DNA of 64,000 bases, taken from positions 3,040,001-3,104,000 of the forward strand of contig CAXXLX010000001.1 in the NCBI GenBank assembly GCA_963665235.2, in the 5' to 3' direction. Position numbers and translations under genes: made by a program. Of the stretch, positions 56,923 to 64,000 are shown piece after piece (the stretch's first letter is position 1; each line of letters starts with the position of its first letter). The notes under the pieces are model-generated. The model was not told the origin of the DNA and did no database searches. It saw only the letters and a program-made list of their open reading frames with translations. Origin of the DNA: Candidatus Poribacteria bacterium (GTDB lineage: Bacteria; Poribacteria; WGA-4E; WGA-3G).

Positions 56923-58059
56923 TTACGCCTCTTCAATCGCTTCAACATTCGCACGCGGTAAGATAATTTTCAGGTCGTCCTCAAGTTCAACCTGCAACAC
57001 CCGTACCTGTGCTTCTGTCTCCAATTTCTGAAGAGGTACAGGCAGCTCGGTGACACGTCCCAGTTTTCCGAAATAGGGTTCACGAATAATTCGGACTGCG
57101 CTGCCGACCTCCAAAACGCCTTCGGTTGTCCTAGCGGACGTATCAGCTTCTGTCTCTAAAGTTTCCTGTGTGAGCGGAATAAGAATTTCTGGTCTGACAA
57201 CGCCAGCGCGAATCTGTGTAGCTCCATTGATGGAGGTCTTCATGCCTTCCCGTGCTTTTAGCAGTTCGAAGGTACGTTCGGCCATGGAGATACTCCCGAA
57301 CCCTTCGGTGATTACTAGAGTAATGCCGATGTTTTCGGAACCTGTAATAGCAACACCGAGCTCGTACCCTAAAAATTCCCGCAGGTCAGCATCATCAATA
57401 CCGCCGGCAATGATACCTTTGACACCGTGCTGAATTGCCTTCTGAATCGCCTCTGTTGTGACGAGAGCCCCGCCAACAAGGATTTTATCCCGGTGTTCCT
57501 CCGATATTTGGGCTTCAGTCAACCTATCACTGGCAGTTTCTACTACCACAACTAAGGGACCAATCTTTTCATTGCCGACACCAAAAATGCCTTGGATGTA
57601 AGTTCCATAAGTCTCAACGATGACACCTTCATCCGGCACCGTTTCGAGCACCTTTCCATCTATATATGCCTTCACTTCGACCGGAATTGGCGGTTCGCGA
57701 AGGATAACCTGCCCCGTAACATCGGATACCGTTTCAATTGTGCCATCAATCGGTGAACGTGCTTGAGATTTGAAAAGCCCAAAAAGTCCTTTAGTTGTGG
57801 CAATAATTTCATCTTTGGCGACAGTTTCGCCTACAGGTTTGAGCATGTATTCCGCGATTTCGTTCGGCGGTATACTGAGCAGATTAGCAACGTTTAGCAG
57901 TTGCACGTTGCCTGGCAGGTCCGCCTTTGCAACGACATCTTCCGCCGCAACCGTGTTCCCGACCTGGACGAGGACCTCACCTTCAAGAGGAAGCATCCGT
58001 TTTTTGTCAATCGTCATCCCCTCGGTGACCTTCAGTCCTGGGGTATATGCATGTGCCAT
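56923..58059 (-). CDS. conserved hypothetical protein (MAHAYTPGL family; barrel-sandwich-like repeats, C-terminal KOW-like segment)
   Basis: GEVLVQVG..V..EDVVA, SPIDGTI, TEGFG, GATQIRAGVVRPE, VRIIREPYFG. Confidence 0.75.
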   Translation of the reverse strand: MAHAYTPGLKVTEGMTIDKKRMLPLEGEVLVQVGNTVAAEDVVAKADLPGNVQLLNVANLLSIPPNEIAEYMLKPVGETVAKDEIIATTKGLFGLFKSQARSPIDGTIETVSDVTGQVILREPPIPVEVKAYIDGKVLETVPDEGVIVETYGTYIQGIFGVGNEKIGPLVVVVETASDRLTEAQISEEHRDKILVGGALVTTEAIQKAIQHGVKGIIAGGIDDADLREFLGYELGVAITGSENIGITLVITEGFGSISMAERTFELLKAREGMKTSINGATQIRAGVVRPEILIPLTQETLETEADTSARTTEGVLEVGSAVRIIREPYFGKLGRVTELPVPLQKLETEAQVRVLQVELEDDLKIILPRANVEAIEEA

Positions 58060-58216
58060 TAACTGACCTCAATTTTTATGGTGAAAAGGTTTAAAACCTC
58101 TGAAAAAGACCTATTCATCAAGCACTTGTAAGAAAGCGGTGAAATTAGACACCGAGACCGCAAGCGTGTGCAGCTGGGTGATGTGTGTAACAACAGGGTC
58201 AAATTGTCGCATAAAT

Positions 58217-58245
58217 AGTATACCTCTATCTTTCTAAAAAGTCAA
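58217..58245 (-). promoter_or_regulatory. sigma70 promoter TTGACT-N17-TATACT for the 58059-54018 gene run
   Basis: consensus-like boxes with 17-bp spacing. Confidence 0.55.
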
Positions 58246-58302
58246 CTGTTTTTCAAATCTCACAAAAATTGTCTACAGTTTAGTTTAGTAATTGTTAAGC
58301 AC

Positions 58303-58331
58303 TTGATATTTTCTCAGAATTCGGGTATAAT
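58303..58331 (+). promoter_or_regulatory. sigma70 promoter TTGATA-N17-TATAAT
   Basis: consensus-like; a MITE is inserted immediately downstream. Confidence 0.6.
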
Positions 58332-58334
58332 AAA

Positions 58335-58711
58335 ACGTGAGTTTGAAAAAAAGTTTCTTTAGTCCCGTAGGGACGATATATTTATAGAAGCAGCGGTTTC
58401 CGCCCCAGCGGTTTCCGCCCCACTCTTAGTCCCAGTATTCGGGCAAATAGCCCGTTCCTCAAGGACGATATGTTTATAGAAACGTGAGTTTGAAAAAAAG
58501 TTTCTTTAGTCCCGTAGGGACGGGACGATATGTTTATAGAAACGTGAGTTTGAAAAAAAAGTTTCTTTAGTCCCGTAGGGACGATATATTTATAGAAGCA
58601 GCGGTTTCCGCCCCACCTCTTAGTCCCAGTATTCGGGCAAACAGCCCGTTCCTCAAGGACGATATGTTTATAGAGGTTAGTGAAAACGGACATTTATTAT
58701 CAAACTCACGT
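58335..58711. mobile_element. MITE with ACGTGAGTTTGA TIRs, a 7-bp TAATAAA duplication and an internally re-duplicated left end
   Basis: TAATAAA|acgtgagtttga ... tcaaactcacgt|TAATAAA; left end repeated at ~58482 and ~58542; gtcccgtagggac hairpins inside. Confidence 0.75.
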
Positions 58712-58744
58712 TAATAAAACAAACATCTAATAAGGAGCACGAAG

Positions 58745-59206
58745 ATGAAAGTGCAAATAATATTCAGTACATTGATATGTCTTCTCTGCTGTGTGCCAGC
58801 TTTTGGCGACTTGACCGTTGACGATTTAGGGAAAATCAACACGATGCTCAGAGAATCTGAAAAACGCATGCAGGAATTTGTCGCCAGAGAAACAAAGCAC
58901 ATACGAGAATTCGTCGCCAAGGAAACAAAGCACACGCGAGAATCCGTCGCCTTAGAAATAGCACCCGTCACGACTAAAATTGACGAGGTAAACAAACGGT
59001 TGGATATTGCCTTTATGCTAATCATTGCACTGATGGCATTAATTGGCGTTGTCATCGGAATTCCACAGATTATCGTTGCGATACAGAGCAGAAAGGAACG
59101 CTTACAAGATAAAAAGATTGCTGAACAAGATGAAAAGATTGCAGAACAGGAACAGCAACTTGAAGCTATGCGGGCAGAATTAGAAGCAATCAAACAGCAC
59201 TTGTAA
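58745..59206 (+). CDS. secreted/membrane coiled-coil protein
   Basis: signal peptide (PAFG|DLT), coiled coil with an 11-aa internal repeat, TM helix ending GIPQII, C-terminal coiled coil. Confidence 0.75.
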   Translation: MKVQIIFSTLICLLCCVPAFGDLTVDDLGKINTMLRESEKRMQEFVARETKHIREFVAKETKHTRESVALEIAPVTTKIDEVNKRLDIAFMLIIALMALIGVVIGIPQIIVAIQSRKERLQDKKIAEQDEKIAEQEQQLEAMRAELEAIKQHL

Positions 59207-59257
59207 TAGGTGTCAACTTAAGAAATCAGCATCAGGTAGCTATTTCGGGGCTGCGGT

Positions 59258-60286
59258 TTATCCTTGTGCTAATTTCTGCTGGAATTTCAGGCTATCTATA
59301 ACCTCTCGGTTTACGATCCACAACGGTATTTTTCCAGAAGCCACGCTAATGATACTCTCACATGCACTTCTACCGTTTCCTTCGAAACACTCATCAGTCC
59401 AGCAAATACTATGCGGTGTAACGATAACGTTATCTAGTGTCAAGAGCGGCTCATCGTTGCGAATCGGCTCCTGCTCAAACACATCAAGGCCTGCCCCCCG
59501 AATTTGTCGGTTTTGGAGGGCAGTTGTGAGGGCCTTCTGATCGACAATTGGACCGCGTGCGGTGTTAATCAGGTAAGCTGTCCGTTTCATGAGTCCGATG
59601 CGTTTCGCATCTATAAGTCCTCGCGTCTCTTCGGTTAGCGGGCAGCACACACAAACAAAATCAGCCGTTTTCATCAAGGTTTCCAGGTCAACCTGTTCCA
59701 CGTCAAGCTCAGCTGCATCAGCCGGTGTAATGTATGGGTCAAAGGTGATATGGCGCATTCCGAAGGGTTTGGCGAGTTTAAACACCTCTTTTCCGATGTT
59801 GCCCATACCGACGAGTCCAAGCGTTCTCCCGACCAATCCCATACCCATATAGTCGTTTTTATCCTCCCATCTACCCGTACGCGTCAGTTTATCTTTTATC
59901 AACAATTGATGGCTCAGAGATAAGACGAAAGTCAGGATAGAGGTAGCAACCGGTCTACGAACGCCGTCGGGTGCAATCGTCAGGAGCACCCCATTTTCAG
60001 TGCAAGCTGGCACGTCCACCTTATCGTACCCGACCCCGAATCTAGCAATGATAACCAACTTGTCCGCTCCAGTGAGTGTTTCCGCCGTAATGCCTGTTCC
60101 TAACACAAGGAGCGCGTTGTAATCTTGCACCTGTTGTGCGGTTAATTCAGGTGTATCTTCCGCAATATATTCCCAGTCCAGCCCCGCTTCATCAAACATC
60201 GGCCCGGCTATCGGTTCTAAATCGGAGGTGCCATCCGGTTTCAGAAAGTCCCGCGTGATACCCACGCGAAATACAGATTTATCCAT
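59258..60286 (-). CDS. D-isomer-specific 2-hydroxyacid dehydrogenase
   Basis: RFGVGYD, GMGNIG, INTARG, LDVFEQEP, TPH. Confidence 0.93.
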   Translation of the reverse strand: MDKSVFRVGITRDFLKPDGTSDLEPIAGPMFDEAGLDWEYIAEDTPELTAQQVQDYNALLVLGTGITAETLTGADKLVIIARFGVGYDKVDVPACTENGVLLTIAPDGVRRPVATSILTFVLSLSHQLLIKDKLTRTGRWEDKNDYMGMGLVGRTLGLVGMGNIGKEVFKLAKPFGMRHITFDPYITPADAAELDVEQVDLETLMKTADFVCVCCPLTEETRGLIDAKRIGLMKRTAYLINTARGPIVDQKALTTALQNRQIRGAGLDVFEQEPIRNDEPLLTLDNVIVTPHSICWTDECFEGNGRSACESIISVASGKIPLWIVNREVIDSLKFQQKLAQG

Positions 60287-60320
60287 TTGTTACTCCATTT
60301 CAAATTCACATACACGTTGT

Positions 60321-62042
60321 CTACTCCGGTGTAAGCGACACGTGGCGGAGATATTTCCATCCGACCGGTGCAAGTTTCAGGTTCTGCACCCTTCTATTGA
60401 CAACCAACAACCGTTGTGCGTGTGCCAATGGCACCCACGGTACATCTCTATGGAAGATTGCCTGTGCTTGCTGATAGAGTTCGATGCGTTCGTTCCGATT
60501 GCTGCTCATTCTGGCGCGTTCCAACACATCCTGCATTTCATCGCTTCGGTAAAACGCCAAATTCAGTGCGGGTTTCTGCGCAGTAGTTTTGCTCAAAAGA
60601 TAATAGAAAAAATTATCCGGGTCACCCCCAGCACTCCACCCTATCATTACTATATCGTGTTCACCATTTTCTATCTTCTCAATATAGGTTGCCCAGTCAT
60701 AAGTTACAATTCTTGCTGTAATACCGACGTTTTGAAGGTCGGATTGTAGCATTTCCGCAAGTGCGTTCCCATCTGGAATATAGGGACGCGGGACTGGCAA
60801 TGCCCAGAGCGTTGTTTCAAACCCATCAGGATAGCCAGCTTCCGCAAGCAGTTGTCTTGCAAGTTCCGGGTCGTAGGCGTAGTCCTCAATAGTATCGTCA
60901 TAACTCCAGAGCGTGGGCGGAATTGGTCCCTTCGCGGGAATCCCTAATCCTTGGTATAAGTGTTCAACAATTTCAATTTTGTTAATAGCATAATTCATAG
61001 CGAGCCGCACCTTAGGATTGTCGAACGGGGGTTTCTCCATGTTCATCGCGAGATAACCAACATTTAACCCCGGTTGTCTCGCGAGTTCAAGCTGTGCATC
61101 GCTCTGAATCAGGGGTATATCATCAGGATTAGGAAATTCCATCACATGCAGGTCGCCTTGCTGGAGTGCCATAAGTCGTTCACCGTTATCAGGAATGGAA
61201 CGAAAGATAAGCCTATCTAACGCGGGTTTTCCTGTCCAATGCGCGTCGTTTGCGGTAAGGACAATTTTATCGTCTCTATCCCACTGTAGGAACTTGAAAG
61301 GGCCCGTGCCTACAGGGTTAGTCCCAAAGTTTTCGCCAAAATGCTCAATTGCTGCAGGGCTCACCATAGCAAATTGCGTTTGTGTCAACGCACTGATAAA
61401 AGGCGCGTACGGCGTTTCAAGCGTGATTTGAACCGTGAACGCATCTAGCGCAATAACCTGAGTGATAAGATAAACATTATTGGATAGCGCGATAGCTCTA
61501 TTCAGTGAGAAAACAGCTGCCGCCGCGTCAAACGGGGTGCCATCATGGAATTGGACACCTTGTCGCAAGTGAAAGGTCCACGTTAATCCATCGGCAGAGC
61601 TGTCCCATGCTACTGCTAGGGCGGGTTCGATATCGGTCGTATCTCCTCTATATTGGACAAGCGTATCGTAGATAAGCTCGCAGACTTTCGCTGATTCACC
61701 ATCAAGGATTCGCGGGGGGTCAAGCGTAATAGAATCGCCGCCGCGTCCAAAAATCAGGGTGCTGCTTGTAGGGGCAGGCTCCGATCCGCTGCGGCTTATA
61801 ATATTAGCAACAAGGACAAGATCCAGGATATTCACCGTCCCGTCTCCGTTGACATCGGGATTCGGCATCTGTGTTGGTTCGCTGCGTTCGCCAAAATGCG
61901 AAGCGACAAACGTCAAATCTAGGATATTCACGGTCCCATCTCCGTTGACATCCCCCCTAATGTTCATATCTTGTGCGCTACTTCCTATCAAAAGTAGGAG
62001 AAACCCACCGAGTCCTATTGTCGTGAAAGCCAGTTTCCTCAT
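60321..62042 (-). CDS. dockerin-like repeat fused to a family 5 (DppA-like) ABC substrate-binding protein
   Basis: two DVNGDGTVNILDL repeats, then GRGGDSITLDP, PVGTGPFKF, PRPYIP. Confidence 0.9.
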   Translation of the reverse strand: MRKLAFTTIGLGGFLLLLIGSSAQDMNIRGDVNGDGTVNILDLTFVASHFGERSEPTQMPNPDVNGDGTVNILDLVLVANIISRSGSEPAPTSSTLIFGRGGDSITLDPPRILDGESAKVCELIYDTLVQYRGDTTDIEPALAVAWDSSADGLTWTFHLRQGVQFHDGTPFDAAAAVFSLNRAIALSNNVYLITQVIALDAFTVQITLETPYAPFISALTQTQFAMVSPAAIEHFGENFGTNPVGTGPFKFLQWDRDDKIVLTANDAHWTGKPALDRLIFRSIPDNGERLMALQQGDLHVMEFPNPDDIPLIQSDAQLELARQPGLNVGYLAMNMEKPPFDNPKVRLAMNYAINKIEIVEHLYQGLGIPAKGPIPPTLWSYDDTIEDYAYDPELARQLLAEAGYPDGFETTLWALPVPRPYIPDGNALAEMLQSDLQNVGITARIVTYDWATYIEKIENGEHDIVMIGWSAGGDPDNFFYYLLSKTTAQKPALNLAFYRSDEMQDVLERARMSSNRNERIELYQQAQAIFHRDVPWVPLAHAQRLLVVNRRVQNLKLAPVGWKYLRHVSLTPE

Positions 62043-62043
62043 A

Positions 62044-63702
62044 TTAATTCTCCAACGATATATGGCGTAGGTATTTCCAATTCAGTGGATGGAGTGTAAG
62101 ATTTTTCACCTTTTTGTTAATCACTAAAATCTGTTGTGCATGTGCCAACGGGACCCAGGGGACATCTGTATGGAAAATTGCCTGTGCTTCTTTGTAAAGC
62201 GCGACGCGTTTCTCACGTTCGGTGATTGCCCTTGCCCGTTCTAGGACATCTTGCATTGCATCGCTGCGATAAAAGGCGATATTTCCAGCCGGTTTCTTCG
62301 CCGCCGATTTACTCAAAAGATAATAGAAAAAGTTATCGGGGTCGCCTAAGTCCGCAGACCATCCTAACATTGCCATATCGTGCTCGCCATTTTTGGTTTT
62401 CTCAAGATACGTGCTCCACTCATACGTTTCTATGTCGGCGCGTATACCGACATTTCGGAGTTCGGATTGGATCACCTCCGCGAGGGCACGTCCATCCGGA
62501 ATATAGGGACGTGGCACTGGCAATGCCCAGAGCGTTGTCTCAAACCCATCGGGGTATCCCGCTTCAGCGAGCAGCTTTTTTGCCAATTCGGGATTATAGG
62601 TGTAGTCCTCAATAGAATCGTCATAACTCCAAAGTGTGGGCGGAATCGGATTCTTGGCGGGGATACCCATGCCCTGATATAGGTGCTCAATAATCACCGC
62701 TTTGTTTATTGCATGATTTATCGCCTGTCTGACTTTCAGATTACCGAACGGTTCTTTGTCCATGTTCATCGCCAAATACCCGATGCTCATGCCGGGTTGT
62801 GTTATCAGTTCAAGCCTTGCGTCGTCTCGAATCCGTTGCAGATCGTCCGGGTTCGGAAATTCCATCGTATGAAGGCTCCCATCCTGTAGCGCGATGAGCC
62901 GTACCGAGTTATCCGGAATAGAACGGAAAATAACCCTATCTAAGAGCGGTCGTCCCCCCCAATACGCCTCGTTCGCTTCCAACACAATCTTATCGTTCCG
63001 ATCCCATCGGACAAACTTGAAAGGGCCGGTCCCGACAGGGTGATTGGTAAAATCTGCCCCCCATTTTTGAACTGCTGTTGGGCTCACAATCGAAAACGGG
63101 GTTATCGCAATCGTATAGATGAAAGGCGCGTACGCCGATTTGAGATGAATCTGGACAGTAAACTCATCAACTGCCGTGATTTTATCTACAATTTGGGCTA
63201 AACCTGTATCTATCCAATAGTTATAGACACCGCTACCTTTATGGAACGGGTGGGCCTCCTCATGCTGCCGGTTAAGCGAAAAGAGTACCGCTTCGGCATT
63301 GAAGGGGGTTCCATCATGAAACGTGACTCCCTTGCGGAGATGGAAGGTCCAGGTTAATCCATCTTCCGAACTTTCCCAACCGGTCGCGAGAGCGGGTTCC
63401 AGTTCCGTACTGTCGCGTTTATATTGCAAGAGCGTATCGTAAATGTTATCACACACTTTGAAGGATTCACCATCTACTTCCAACGCGGGGTCAAGCCCGA
63501 CAGAGTCGCCGCCGCGTCCAAAAATTAGGGTGCCGCCCTTACTGTGCGAATCGGCTTGCACCCCCATAGAAAGCAAAACTATGGGAAACGTCAAGAGTGC
63601 TAACCAACCAATTAGTAAAAACGTTCTAGAAGACAGCCCGCGAACAATATCAACGCCGCTACTTGCCTTATGGATGAACCGTATAAAAACTCTATTTTTC
63701 AT
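62044..63702 (-). CDS. family 5 (DppA-like) ABC substrate-binding protein
   Basis: GRGGDSVGLDP, FHDGTPFNAEAV, PVGTGPFKF, PRPYIP; close paralogue of the downstream gene. Confidence 0.92.
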   Translation of the reverse strand: MKNRVFIRFIHKASSGVDIVRGLSSRTFLLIGWLALLTFPIVLLSMGVQADSHSKGGTLIFGRGGDSVGLDPALEVDGESFKVCDNIYDTLLQYKRDSTELEPALATGWESSEDGLTWTFHLRKGVTFHDGTPFNAEAVLFSLNRQHEEAHPFHKGSGVYNYWIDTGLAQIVDKITAVDEFTVQIHLKSAYAPFIYTIAITPFSIVSPTAVQKWGADFTNHPVGTGPFKFVRWDRNDKIVLEANEAYWGGRPLLDRVIFRSIPDNSVRLIALQDGSLHTMEFPNPDDLQRIRDDARLELITQPGMSIGYLAMNMDKEPFGNLKVRQAINHAINKAVIIEHLYQGMGIPAKNPIPPTLWSYDDSIEDYTYNPELAKKLLAEAGYPDGFETTLWALPVPRPYIPDGRALAEVIQSELRNVGIRADIETYEWSTYLEKTKNGEHDMAMLGWSADLGDPDNFFYYLLSKSAAKKPAGNIAFYRSDAMQDVLERARAITEREKRVALYKEAQAIFHTDVPWVPLAHAQQILVINKKVKNLTLHPLNWKYLRHISLEN

Positions 63703-63813
63703 TAATCTCTCCGATGTTCGTTGTTAAAAATATATTTCATGATACAGATATTTCTGGTAGATGTCAAGTGAATTATGCAGGCGGGTGTGTAAAGTTTTTG
63801 TACTATGATAGAG

Positions 63814-63906
63814 GGAAGGATGGAAGATTGGAAGATTGGAAGGGGGGAAGGATGGATTTCGCGCGTGTGTTGTCTGAATTGCGGATTTATCGGATTTATC
63901 GGATTT
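63814..63906 (-). repeat. inverted copy of the 9040-9297 composite repeat
   Basis: (GGAAGxTx)n tract followed by gtgtgttgtctgaattgcggatt(tatcggatt)2. Confidence 0.7.
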
Positions 63907-64000
63907 TAAGATGCGTAACAATAGAAGGTTTGTGATTATGAGCTAGTGTGTTGTGTTTTCTATAAATATACCGCCCCGCTGGGGCTAGCTTGTCTGGCCC

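Noticed and set aside
59207-59222. taggtgtcaacttaag as another MITE end
   Set aside because: It resembles the TIR family, but no partner end or target duplication was found nearby.

Overview
Bacterial chromosomal window of moderate GC. The likely source is Candidatus Poribacteria or a relative; this is an inference from the dockerin-type DVNGDGTVNILDL repeats, Uma2/Rpn genes, a signal-peptide/coiled-coil paralogue and dense intergenic repeat families. Housekeeping and metabolic genes include argS, mtnP, trpA, ppdK, recA-thpR-pgsA-lolA, metH and ino1. Five things stand out. (1) A complete Pup-proteasome operon (arc-dop-pup(GGQ)-prcB-prcA-pafA) lies directly downstream of recA in a genome that also encodes LolA, i.e. 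apparently a non-actinobacterial diderm. (2) An AT-rich accessory island (about 18.4-23.8 kb) is organised around a repeated module: a perfect sigma70 promoter plus a ~95-nt hairpin showing compensatory changes. One copy feeds a cas-less, degenerate CRISPR-like mini-array (repeat ending GGAATTGAAAC, hairpin-forming spacers); another feeds a small-protein/aspartyl-protease pair. (3) An orphan GrdB/PrdB-like selenoprotein is split by an in-frame TGA (UxxC) in the ORF track. (4) Several MITE-like shells with TIRs and short target duplications carry amplified GTAG-REP hairpin arrays as cargo. (5) An ECF sigma/anti-sigma/HtrA operon encodes an HtrA that appears to lack the catalytic His. No rRNA, tRNA or cas genes were recognised.
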